The position numbers and the translations under genes are program-made. Of a stretch of DNA of 32,000 bases, positions 1-7,928 are shown one piece after another. The DNA lies in contig NZ_CP042911.1 in assembly GCF_008065095.1 (NCBI RefSeq), positions 5,430,001 to 5,462,000 of the forward strand, written 5' to 3'. Source of the DNA: Gemmata obscuriglobus (lineage in GTDB: Bacteria; Planctomycetota; Planctomycetia; Gemmatales; Gemmataceae). The notes under the pieces were generated by a model. The model did no database searches. It saw only the letters and a list, made by a program, of their open reading frames with translations, and was not told the origin of the DNA. Each line of letters starts with the position of its first letter. The first letter of the stretch is position 1.

Positions 1-1304
1 GGATCGGTTGCGGCGGCCTTCGCGGGCGCCGCGACCGGCTTGCCCTTTGGGGCCGCGCTCGCGGGCGCCGGCGCCTCGGCTTTCAGCTCCGGTCGGCTCC
101 CGGCCTGACCGAGCAGCGCCGCACCGGCGCCCGCGAGCGCGAGCAGCCCCACAACACCGACCGCCGGCCGCACCAGCGACCGGCGCTTCGGACCGGCCTT
201 CTGCATCGCGGCCGGCGGCGGCGTGTTGCGCTCGACTTCGGTCGCGTCGAGGTCCGCGAACGGGTTCTCCTCGGACACGGCGGTCACCGACACCGGCACG
301 TACACCACCCTAGGCTCAGGGGTGACCACCACTTGTGACGCCCCGGTGCTGTTCGCGATCGCCAGGAGCCGCTTCACCACCTCCCCCGCCGACTGCGGCC
401 GCTCGTCGGGCTCCTTGGCGAGCAACTGGTGGATCAGGGTCGCGAGCGGGTCGGGCACCTGCGGGTTCAGGTCGCGCACCGGGAGCGGTGCGTCGGCCCC
501 GAGGGCCATTAGCACCGCCATTGTCGTCGGACCGTCAAACGGTAACCGGTTGGTGCAGAGCCGGTACAGCACGGCTCCGAGGCTGAAGAGGTCGCTCCGC
601 GCATCCACCTTCGCCCCGCGGGCCTGTTCGGGTGACATGTACGCCGGGGTGCCCACCACCATACCGCTCTGGGTCAACTCGACGTCCGCGTGGAGCGGCT
701 TGGCCAACCCGAAGTCGAGCACCTTCACCCGTCCGTTGGGCGCCTCGAGCCACAGGTTCCCGGGCTTGATGTCACGGTGAACGAGCCCGATCCGGTGGGC
801 CGCGGCGAGCCCCGCGGCGGTCTCCCGGGCCAGGCGCAGGGTCTGCGCGAGGGTGGGCGCCCCCTTCTTCTTAAGGAACGCGTCGAGCGGGTACCCCTGG
901 AGGAACTGCATGGCGATGTACGGAACGCCGTGGCGCTCGTCCGCCTCGTACACGGTGACCACGTTGTCGTGCTCGACCTGCGCGGCGGCTCGGGCCTCGC
1001 GCAGGAACCGCTCCTTGCAGCCGGAATCGGCCGCGGCCTCCGGGAGCATCACCTTGAGGGCCAGTCTGCGGTCCAGGCGCGTGTCGATGGCCGCGTACAC
1101 GGCCCCCATTCCCCCCTTGCCGAGCAGTTTGAGAATCCGGTACGGCCCGAAGGAGCCGGTGTCGCCCGCTTCCGTCGGCGGGCCGAACCCGTACCGGTGC
1201 GGCCCATAAGACGGGCCGCCGACGACGGTCGGTTCGGCGCGGCCGAGCGAGTCCTGAGTGTGGTCGGGTTCGATCACGTGTTGGGCGTCGGCGGGGCCGG
1301 CCAT
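1..1304 (-). CDS. Hanks-type Ser/Thr protein kinase, membrane-anchored. The 3' end runs off the left edge of the window.
   Basis: It is absent from the ORF track because it has no stop codon inside the window. My reverse-complement translation from the ATG at 1304-1302 gives MAGPADAQHV...GPYRILKLLGKGGMGAVYAA (Gly loop), LALKVM (catalytic Lys), GLVHRDIKPGNLWL (HRD), VLDFGLAK (DFG) and GTPAYMSPEQ (APE). A hydrophobic helix VGVVGLLALAGAGAALLG follows at about 105-175, and the frame stays open to position 1. Third-position GC is high. Confidence 0.9.
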   Translation of the reverse strand, partial: MAGPADAQHVIEPDHTQDSLGRAEPTVVGGPSYGPHRYGFGPPTEAGDTGSFGPYRILKLLGKGGMGAVYAAIDTRLDRRLALKVMLPEAAADSGCKERFLREARAAAQVEHDNVVTVYEADERHGVPYIAMQFLQGYPLDAFLKKKGAPTLAQTLRLARETAAGLAAAHRIGLVHRDIKPGNLWLEAPNGRVKVLDFGLAKPLHADVELTQSGMVVGTPAYMSPEQARGAKVDARSDLFSLGAVLYRLCTNRLPFDGPTTMAVLMALGADAPLPVRDLNPQVPDPLATLIHQLLAKEPDERPQSAGEVVKRLLAIANSTGASQVVVTPEPRVVYVPVSVTAVSEENPFADLDATEVERNTPPPAAMQKAGPKRRSLVRPAVGVVGLLALAGAGAALLGQAGSRPELKAEAPAPASAAPKGKPVAAPAKAAATD

Positions 1305-1535
1305 GCGCGAGCTCCACGTTCAGCGGCAGGGTCCGACACAAACGTTAGCACCAATCTTGGGGGCACTCCCGCCGGCGCGGCCACCGATTGCTCGGTCCCG
1401 GTGCGAACCGAACGCCCCGTCCGACCGCACCTCAAAATCGCAACTCGGCCTGAAGTGTTCTGGACCTGACTTCTGCATGGTTCGGCCGTACCCTATCATT
1501 CGGCACAGACCGCCGACGCCACACAGGAACCCCGT

Positions 1536-2096
1536 ATGTTCGCGCGCCGCGACTACATTCGCGATTACATGATGATCCCACCCGGGACCGGCGAGGCCGC
1601 GGTCGTGAACGTGATCGTCGAGATCCCCAAAGGCAAGCGGAACAAGTACGAGGTCGATAAGGTGACCGGGCTCATCAAGCTCGACCGCTACCTCTACAGT
1701 TCCGCTGTGTACCCGGGCGATTACGGGTTCATCCCGCAGACGCTCGCCGAAGACGGCGACCCGCTCGACGCACTGGTCATGGTGAACGAGGCGACGTTTT
1801 CCGGGTGCTTGATCGAGGCCCGTGTAGTGGGCATCTTTCGCATGAAAGACAAGGGCTCGAACGACTTTAAGGTGCTGGCGGTGCCGCACAAGGACCCGCT
1901 TTTCGCACACATCCGAAAGCTCGAAGACGTGCCGACTCACTTCGTCCGTGAGGTCGAGTTCTTCTTCACCACCTACAAGCACCTTGAAGGGGTGTCCGTG
2001 GAAGCGCTGGGATGGGCGTCCGGGGAAGAAGGGACCGCAGAGGTGCGGTTATCGGTGGACCGGTTCCGGTCGTCGCTTGGAAGCGTCCACGACTGA
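1536..2096 (+). CDS. ppa: Family I inorganic pyrophosphatase
   Basis: The 186-aa ORF contains VNVIVEIPKGKRNKYEVDK...LDRYLYSSAVYPGDYGFIPQTLAEDGDPLDALV...KDKGSNDFKVLAVP, the classic soluble PPase signature (EIP..s..KYE, YP.nYGfiP.T...DGDP.D). An AGGAA sits 7 nt upstream of the ATG at 1536. In-frame Met codons at 1569 and 1572 are alternative starts. Confidence 0.93.
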   Translation: MFARRDYIRDYMMIPPGTGEAAVVNVIVEIPKGKRNKYEVDKVTGLIKLDRYLYSSAVYPGDYGFIPQTLAEDGDPLDALVMVNEATFSGCLIEARVVGIFRMKDKGSNDFKVLAVPHKDPLFAHIRKLEDVPTHFVREVEFFFTTYKHLEGVSVEALGWASGEEGTAEVRLSVDRFRSSLGSVHD

Positions 2097-2121
2097 GGGC
2101 GCGCCGGGTTTCGCGCAGCAT

Positions 2122-2150
2122 ACGGGCCGCGAGTGCAACTCGCGGCCCGT
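2122..2150 (+). terminator. Candidate intrinsic terminator of ppa
   Basis: Perfect 12-bp GC-rich stem: ACGGGCCGCGAG, loop TGCAA, CTCGCGGCCCGT. It lies 26 nt after the ppa stop and is followed by GCCATTTAAT. Confidence 0.5.
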
Positions 2151-2185
2151 GCCATTTAATCGGATCTGATACTGTTTGCCGAAGC

Positions 2186-2222
2186 GTTACCGGAGCGACC
2201 GCTATTCGGTCGCTCCGGTAAC
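2186..2222 (-). terminator. Hairpin directly downstream of the S8 peptidase stop
   Basis: Inverted repeat GTTACCGGAGCGACC, loop GCTATTC, GGTCGCTCCGGTAAC. It starts 4 nt after the stop codon at 2227-2229 on the minus strand. There is no clear U-tract, so function as a terminator is inferred from its position in a convergent gap. Confidence 0.4.
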
Positions 2223-2226
2223 GGGA

Positions 2227-4383
2227 TCAGCGCGTACCTGCGTAGAAGGAGTCGTACAGCGTGAAGTCGGGTCCGTCGAACACCTTCACGTGCGACTTCC
2301 CTTGGGGTTCGGCAATCACGACAAGTTGGGGCTTGTTGTTCCCTTTAAATTGCCCAGCTTGAACCACAACCGGCACGTTCGAAAGCGGATCGAACGCTAG
2401 AAAATCGGCTCGCACGGCTTTGGTTTCCGCGTTCACGACCCGCACCCGGGGTCCTTGAGAAACGAGCAGTTCTGCGACTTCGTCACCGTCCATATCAAAA
2501 GCCGAGAGGCTGAAATCCTTCCAGAAGCCCGGCGGGGTCGCCAGGAACGAGTCACGAAGTGTCTGGGTTCCGGCAGCAAAGGTCTTCACGTGAACGCCCA
2601 ACCCACCTTCGGCAGCGGTGATCAACTCGCTGACCCCATCCCCGTTGGTATCGGCCACAGAAACCTTGATCGCGCCCGCGTACCCCGCGTACACGAACTG
2701 GCTGAACGTCATTGCGCCGGTGCGGCCGTCGAACACCTTGATGTGACCGTTCAGGTTGGCCGCGACGATAATATCGCCGATCCCGTCACCGTTCACATCA
2801 CCGACCGCGAGGTCGATCGGCCCCCGGTAACCGGCGAACGCGTAGAAGCTCCGGAGTTCGGCACCGGTCGCGCCGTCAAAGACCTTCACGTGCCCGCCGA
2901 ACGAAGCGGCGGTGACGGCGTCAGCAACCCCGTCGCCGGTCACATCGCCGGACGCAATCGTTACGCCGCCCATGTACCCCGGGTGCGGGGTCAGCGCTAG
3001 TTCTGTAGTGCCGCCGGGCGCCAGAACACGCACGACATCGGAGCCGACCGGCGCTGGAACCACGACCGGCGGAATGGTTGGCACGTAGTCGAACATATTG
3101 GCGACGTTTAACCGCCCGCCGGTTGCGACCTTGCCGATCAGGTTCGGGTACACGTCCACCGAACTCTTCAGTTTGTCAATTACCTGTTGGTAAGTGAGTG
3201 TGGGGTTGGCCCCCCAGTACAACGCGATGGCACCCGCAACGTGCGGGGTCGCCATTGAGGTGCCGTCGTAGGTGTCGTAGCCGCCCCCCGGGACGGTGCT
3301 GAGGATTTGGACGCCCGGTGCGGCCAGGGTGACGGTCCGGACGCCGTAGTTCGAGAACGAGCCCAACTGGTTGTTGTTGTCGATCGCCGCCACCGCGATC
3401 ACGTTGTCGAACTGTGTGGAATAGTTCGACGGCATGCGGAGCGGGTTCTGGTCGTTGTTGTCCCCGACCCCGTCGAAGCCACCGTTCCCAGCCGAACTCA
3501 CGAAAATGTGCCCGGCGTCTCGCGCGGCGGTGAGCGCGGCGGTGAACGCCGCGCTTCGGCCTCCACCGTCACTACCCCAACTGTTGTTCGATACCTTCGC
3601 CCCCATGGTCACCGCGTAGTTGAGCGAGGCAATGGCCCCACTGAGGGCGCCGGAATCGGGTCCGGTCCCCAAGAAGTTGAGGGCCATGATCTTGACATTC
3701 CAGTTGATCCCCGTCACCCCATCGCCGTTGTTCCCGACGGCCCCGATCGTACCCGCGACGTGCGTCCCGTGGGGGTCCACGTCAAGCGGGTCACCGGTGT
3801 TGTTCGAGAAGTTGTATCCGTGCACGTCGTCAACGTAACCGTTGCCGTCGTCGTCAACCCCGTTGTCCGGAATTTCGCCCAGATTGGTCCAGATGTTGGC
3901 CGCCAAATCCGGGTGCGTGTAGTCCACACCACTGTCGATCACGGCGATCACAAAATCCGGGTTGCCGGTACTAACGTTCCAAGCGAGGTTGGTGCCCGTC
4001 AGCGGGATGCCGTAGAGCGACTTGTAGTCCGTATCATTGGGCCGGCGATCGGCGCGGACGACCAGGTCCGGCTCAGCCGCTTGAACACCGGGCTGTGCGG
4101 CCAAATACGCGATCGCGTTAGTCAGATCTGTTCCAGCAGCCAGCCGAACGCTGTAAATGTTGAACCCGAGAGATCTCGCTTCCGTAGCGAACGGCGCCGC
4201 CGAAAGGACTGCAGAACTGGCACCGCTGTTCATGACGACGGTGACGCGGTCGCCCAGAATATCCCCGGCAGCGACCTGCGGGCCAAGCGGCAGGCTCGGG
4301 TCGTATACGGGTGTTAGCCGGTCCTCGAGGGATTCCATTTGGAGGAACGCACGACCGGCGCGCGGGCCACGCGAAAATGCCAT
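2227..4383 (-). CDS. Secreted subtilisin-like (S8) serine peptidase with an I9-like propeptide and a C-terminal FG-GAP/VCBS beta-propeller
   Basis: The 718-aa ORF carries the catalytic triad motifs VIDSGVDYTHPDL (Asp), HGTHVAGTIGA (His) and GTSMATPHVAGA (Ser). The C-terminal half holds repeated FG-GAP blades (GDVTGDGVAD..HVKVFDGATG..; GDVNGDGIGDII..HIKVFDGRTG..; DTNGDGVSELI; DMDGDEVAELL). The N-terminus MAFSRGPRAGRAFLQMESLEDRLTP is basic and followed by the LEDR motif. A GAGG lies about 8 nt upstream of the ATG at 4383. Confidence 0.93.
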   Translation of the reverse strand: MAFSRGPRAGRAFLQMESLEDRLTPVYDPSLPLGPQVAAGDILGDRVTVVMNSGASSAVLSAAPFATEARSLGFNIYSVRLAAGTDLTNAIAYLAAQPGVQAAEPDLVVRADRRPNDTDYKSLYGIPLTGTNLAWNVSTGNPDFVIAVIDSGVDYTHPDLAANIWTNLGEIPDNGVDDDGNGYVDDVHGYNFSNNTGDPLDVDPHGTHVAGTIGAVGNNGDGVTGINWNVKIMALNFLGTGPDSGALSGAIASLNYAVTMGAKVSNNSWGSDGGGRSAAFTAALTAARDAGHIFVSSAGNGGFDGVGDNNDQNPLRMPSNYSTQFDNVIAVAAIDNNNQLGSFSNYGVRTVTLAAPGVQILSTVPGGGYDTYDGTSMATPHVAGAIALYWGANPTLTYQQVIDKLKSSVDVYPNLIGKVATGGRLNVANMFDYVPTIPPVVVPAPVGSDVVRVLAPGGTTELALTPHPGYMGGVTIASGDVTGDGVADAVTAASFGGHVKVFDGATGAELRSFYAFAGYRGPIDLAVGDVNGDGIGDIIVAANLNGHIKVFDGRTGAMTFSQFVYAGYAGAIKVSVADTNGDGVSELITAAEGGLGVHVKTFAAGTQTLRDSFLATPPGFWKDFSLSAFDMDGDEVAELLVSQGPRVRVVNAETKAVRADFLAFDPLSNVPVVVQAGQFKGNNKPQLVVIAEPQGKSHVKVFDGPDFTLYDSFYAGTR

Positions 4384-4861
4384 GAGGAACCTCTATCGGT
4401 ACGGCAGTGATGGATACTGGGTGTTCGGCAGTGCGGCTCAAACGGTTTCGAGTTCCGAATCACTTGTGGTCAGCGCCAATCACCGCTGACGGGTTCTGCT
4501 TGCGGTGCAGAACTAAAAAACGGAACTAAAAACTTGCGAATCCAATTGGTAAGAAGTGTATCGCCGTAAAAAGGCGGGTACTAGAGCGCTTTGGGAAAAA
4601 CGGCGCGGAACTGGTATGTGTCCTTGGTCCTGTTCCGCCGCCCCTGCGACATCTGCTGGCCCCGCGGGCCGGAGCGGTCCGGGTTTTCTGGCAAACCTCT
4701 TTCTTGTCTCCGATTCTAACGCCCGGCTGTGCAAAAGAGGTACTGCCCTCACCAAATCTTAATTGTGGTGAAGGGCTTCCAGGGTAGAGTTATAACGGTA
4801 TCTCGCTGGCGGACCGATGGAACGACCAAAGGCGGCCGCAGCGGCTCTCACGGAGGGAGAT

Positions 4862-6133
4862 ATGTCAGCCCTGTCCCAACCGTCCGGAGCCCGTTCGGCC
4901 CGGTTGTTAGTCGAGAACCTTGAGGACCGGACCACCCCAACGTTTCTGTCACGCCCCGGCGGCGTGCAGCAGATCTCGGTGAACGGTGTGACCGTGCCCG
5001 CCGGTGGGCTCAGCATCGCCGCTGGCGATTTGCTCCCAGACTTCCCGACCAGCACCATTTACACGGCCCAGAACGAGTACGTAACAGGAACCGGTCCCGG
5101 TACGCTGGGGACGGTTCGGGTGTGGCGGCTTAACGGCGCCACCGCCGGACAGGCCGAGCCGCTTCTTTCGTTCGTTCCCTTCGCCGGTTTCACCGGTGGG
5201 ATAAATGTCGCCGTCGGAGACGTGACCGGCGACGGCGACATGGAGATTATCGCCGCCGTTGCGGGCAACGGCCCGCCGCACGTAAAGGTGTTCTCCGCGA
5301 ACGGGACCGAGTTGGGTAGCTTCTACGCGTTCGATCCGGGTTTCCGGGGCGGGGTGAACATCGCAGTCGGTAACGTTCTGGGTGGAATCGCGGGCGGCGG
5401 GTACGCCGGCGGCACCGTGAGCGAAAATTTCAAGCAAGAAATTATTGTTGGGGCCGCATCGGGCGGCAGCCCGCACGTGGTGGTGACCGACGCAGAGGGG
5501 ACCATCCTCCGCAGCTTCTTGGCGTTCGACCTGGGATACCGGGGCGGGGTGGTCGTCGCCGCCGGCAGCATCGACACCACCCGGTCGGATACCTTCGGCG
5601 CGAGCAGCGTGGACACGAACGCTTATGACGAGGTGATCGTCGGCTCCGCGACCAGTAGCGCGCACGTGAAAGCGTTCAGCGTATTTACCGGAGAGATCAA
5701 CCAGCGGCTCTCGTTCTTCGCGTTCGACCCGTCTACGTCCCAGGGCGTGACACTCGCAGCCGGGAGTACTGACGGGACCCGCGGTGCAGAGATCTATGTG
5801 GGCCAAATCACAGCAGGGCTGAACACCGCTCCCCAAGTCCGTGTGTACGACGGGCGTGGCCTTCTCGAACTCGCATTCAACCCCTACCCGGTTGGGTATT
5901 CGCGGGTGGTCAACATGGTCGTGGCGTATCTCACTCCGGAGAGCCGCGGACCGTCCTACTACGATCCGGAAGACGACGATTCATCGATTTTCGGGTTCCT
6001 TCCTGATGGGAACCCGGACTTCGTGCTCCAGGACCTTGCCCTGGTGGCAGGCGACGGCGCGTTCTTCCAGGAGCCACGGTTCTACGTCGGGATCGGGACC
6101 GGTGGTGTACCCGCTGGCGGGTTCGGTCCGTGA
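4862..6133 (+). CDS. FG-GAP repeat (integrin-alpha-like beta-propeller) protein, probably secreted
   Basis: The track ORF is 4817..6133. I prefer the in-frame ATG at 4862 because a GGAGG (4852-4856) sits 5 nt upstream. Repeats include VAVGDVTGDGDMEIIAAVAGNGPPHVKVFSANGTELGSFYAFDPGFRGGVNIAVGNV... and HVVVTDAEGTILRSFLAFDLGYRGGV... The N-terminus MSALSQPSGARSARLLVENLEDRTTPT carries the same LEDR motif as the divergent S8 gene. Confidence 0.85.
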   Translation: MSALSQPSGARSARLLVENLEDRTTPTFLSRPGGVQQISVNGVTVPAGGLSIAAGDLLPDFPTSTIYTAQNEYVTGTGPGTLGTVRVWRLNGATAGQAEPLLSFVPFAGFTGGINVAVGDVTGDGDMEIIAAVAGNGPPHVKVFSANGTELGSFYAFDPGFRGGVNIAVGNVLGGIAGGGYAGGTVSENFKQEIIVGAASGGSPHVVVTDAEGTILRSFLAFDLGYRGGVVVAAGSIDTTRSDTFGASSVDTNAYDEVIVGSATSSAHVKAFSVFTGEINQRLSFFAFDPSTSQGVTLAAGSTDGTRGAEIYVGQITAGLNTAPQVRVYDGRGLLELAFNPYPVGYSRVVNMVVAYLTPESRGPSYYDPEDDDSSIFGFLPDGNPDFVLQDLALVAGDGAFFQEPRFYVGIGTGGVPAGGFGP

Positions 6134-6143
6134 TTCGCTTTTC

Positions 6144-6203
6144 AAAGATGTCACGGCCGCGGGCCGCCCGATAATACGGGTGGCCCGCGGCCGTGACATC
6201 TTT
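6144..6203. terminator. Bidirectional intrinsic terminator (22-bp perfect palindrome) between convergent genes
   Basis: The arm AAAGATGTCACGGCCGCGGGCC (6144-6165) and its exact reverse complement GGCCCGCGGCCGTGACATCTTT (6182-6203) flank a 16-nt loop. The right arm runs into TTTT. The hairpin lies 10 nt after the FG-GAP gene stop and 5 nt after the NADAR gene stop. Confidence 0.6.
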
Positions 6204-6208
6204 TGGGT

Positions 6209-6670
6209 TCACACTTGCTCGGCTCGCAGTTCCTCGCGGAGCCGCATCAAAAGGTATCCCAGTCGGTTTTTGCCGCTCCCATCTCCGCCGTCTCCCCAGT
6301 ACGAGTCGTTGGCGGTTTGCTCGACCAGGGTTGCGTCGCCGGTCCCAAGTAAGACCGCCTTGAGTTCCTCGTGCTGGGTAAACTTGGCGCGCAAGCCGTC
6401 CATCATTATCCGCTCTTTCACACTTTCCCAGTCGCGCCGGAGTGGGCGCTTCCGGTCCCGCCCCATGCTAGCGGCGTCCATCGGCCGCTTGGCGAGCCGC
6501 ACCTGCTCCTCATGCTCGGTGCCTTCGAACTTCATCGCCTGGAAGAAGTGTTCCGTGGTCGGCCACCGCTTTCCCCGCAGGAAGACTGGGTGGCGGGAGA
6601 AATTCGAGAAGCAGCCGTACTCGGCGGCAACAGAATAGAAGTTGATGACCCGGGGAACAGGTTCGGACAT
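6209..6670 (-). CDS. NADAR (DUF1768 / YbiA-like) domain protein
   Basis: The track ORF 6209..6823 contains INFYSVAAEYGCFSNFSRHPVFLRGKRWPTTEHFFQAMKF...AKRPMDAASMGR...W..VKERIMMDGLRAKFTQHEELKAVLLGTGDATLVEQTANDSYWGDGGDGSGKNRLGYLLMRLR, which matches the NADAR family pattern (FSNF...sEH.FQA.KF...AK..GR...LL.TG...LvE....D..WG.G.dG.G.N.LG). I trimmed the start to Met-52 (ATG at 6670, MSEPVPRV) because a GAGG lies about 9 nt upstream and family members are around 150 aa. Confidence 0.85.
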   Translation of the reverse strand: MSEPVPRVINFYSVAAEYGCFSNFSRHPVFLRGKRWPTTEHFFQAMKFEGTEHEEQVRLAKRPMDAASMGRDRKRPLRRDWESVKERIMMDGLRAKFTQHEELKAVLLGTGDATLVEQTANDSYWGDGGDGSGKNRLGYLLMRLREELRAEQV

Positions 6671-6930
6671 TGGTAAGCCTCGGGCGTTTGGAGTGTTGTG
6701 TTGGAGGCACGCGGCCGCGACTTGGTTCGCGCGCCGGCCACAGCCCGGGCTGCACACAGATTCGGGCGCTGGAGAGTGGCAACGGCCAAGTGACCGGACC
6801 ACTTCGATTCCCAGCCCACTCACCGACGGGCGACTTATTGACCCTGTGACGCTTGCAAATCCGTCTCGCCGCCCGTTTATAAATATCCCGCTTGCGAATT
6901 TGATGTCTTAATCGCACCGTGCAGCTATGG

Positions 6931-7704
6931 TTATTTTTCTATTCTCCACTCCCATTTTTTCAGTTGCGCCATGCGGACATGATCGGTGAGATCGAACTGG
7001 AGCGGCGTCACAGTGATGAAGCTCTCACGCAGTGCGTCAACATCGGTGTCCGGGTGCGGTTCCGGGCAGGTGAACTCCGGACTGGCCCAGAAGTAAGTCC
7101 GTCCGCGCTGGTTCACCCGCCGGTCGAACTTCTCCACGTACGGCGACACGTTTTGTGGTAGCACCTTCACGCCGCGGACGGGGCCACGTTCCAGCACAGG
7201 GATGTTGACGTTGAACAGGCTCCCGGCGCCAGGCTTTTGCGCCAGGATTTGCTCGATCACTTGGCGGGCGTAACGCGCGCCGGCCTGGTAGTCGTAAATT
7301 TTCTTGTCGTACTCGAGTGACACCGCGATTGCGGTCTGCTTGTAGAACGCGCCCTCAATCGCCGCCGCGACCGTACCCGAGTAGAGCACGTTGATGCCGG
7401 CATTGCTGCCCGCGTTCATGCCGCTGATGATGACGTCCGGGGGTTCCGGGAGCAGTTCCAGCAGCGCGAGTTTGACGCAATCGGCCGGGCGCCCCTCGAC
7501 CGCCCAACCCACGAACGTCCTCGCGTCGTCCTCGAACACCTCGTTCACGAGGAGTGGTGTGAGGAGCGTCACCGAGTGACCCGCAGCGCTCTGTTCGGTT
7601 GCCGGTGCCACGACTGTGACGGTCCCGAGTTTCATTAGCTCTAAACGGAGCGCGCGCAAGCCGGGGGCGTAAATGCCGTCATCATTGGTGAGCAGGATCC
7701 GCAT
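6931..7704 (-). CDS. surE: 5'/3'-nucleotidase SurE
   Basis: MRILLTNDDGIYAPGLRALRLELMKLGTVTVVAPATEQSAAGHSVT...VISGMNAGSNAGINVLYSGTVAAAIEG is the canonical SurE N-terminus and core. The track ORF starts at 7740, but the family-typical MRILLTNDDG start is the ATG at 7704, with a GAAGG upstream. Confidence 0.93.
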   Translation of the reverse strand: MRILLTNDDGIYAPGLRALRLELMKLGTVTVVAPATEQSAAGHSVTLLTPLLVNEVFEDDARTFVGWAVEGRPADCVKLALLELLPEPPDVIISGMNAGSNAGINVLYSGTVAAAIEGAFYKQTAIAVSLEYDKKIYDYQAGARYARQVIEQILAQKPGAGSLFNVNIPVLERGPVRGVKVLPQNVSPYVEKFDRRVNQRGRTYFWASPEFTCPEPHPDTDVDALRESFITVTPLQFDLTDHVRMAQLKKWEWRIEK

Positions 7705-7837
7705 TGCGTTCAACCTTCGCGAATTGCTGGCGCCATACAAAGAAGAAATTCTACGCAGCCCGTTGTCCGACCGGGGCGATTGTATTGAACTTACTGATGG
7801 TTACGTTTGTCCAGGCCCGGAGGGCCGCGCGTGCGAG

Positions 7838-7866
7838 TTGACAGCCGCCTGTGGTGCGCCTATCAA
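7838..7866 (+). promoter_or_regulatory. Sigma-70-like promoter candidate (TTGACA-N17-TATCAA) for the downstream membrane-protein/phosphatase pair
   Basis: A perfect -35 hexamer TTGACA lies at 7838-7843, followed by a 17-nt spacer and TATCAA at 7861-7866. It sits in the SurE/membrane-protein divergent gap. Whether this organism uses E. coli-like hexamers is an assumption. Confidence 0.35.
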
Positions 7867-7928
7867 CTAACTGTTCGGCGCGCTGCCCGCATCGCGACTC
7901 GAAAAACGTCCGACCGGGATTTGATGCC

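Noticed and set aside
8-1469. Plus-strand ORFs 8..313, 223..780, 335..586, 690..1469 and 853..1209 at the left edge
   Set aside because: They are antisense to the clearly motif-bearing kinase on the minus strand, and their translations are Pro/Arg/Ser-rich.
3307-4317. 336-aa plus-strand ORF inside the S8 peptidase gene, and 2455..3000(+)
   Set aside because: They are shadow frames. The minus strand carries the full Asp/His/Ser triad and the FG-GAP repeats.
6209-6670. The NADAR gene as the antitoxin half of a DarT-like ADP-ribosylation toxin-antitoxin pair
   Set aside because: No ART- or DarT-like ORF lies adjacent on either side. The neighbours are surE and a convergent FG-GAP gene.
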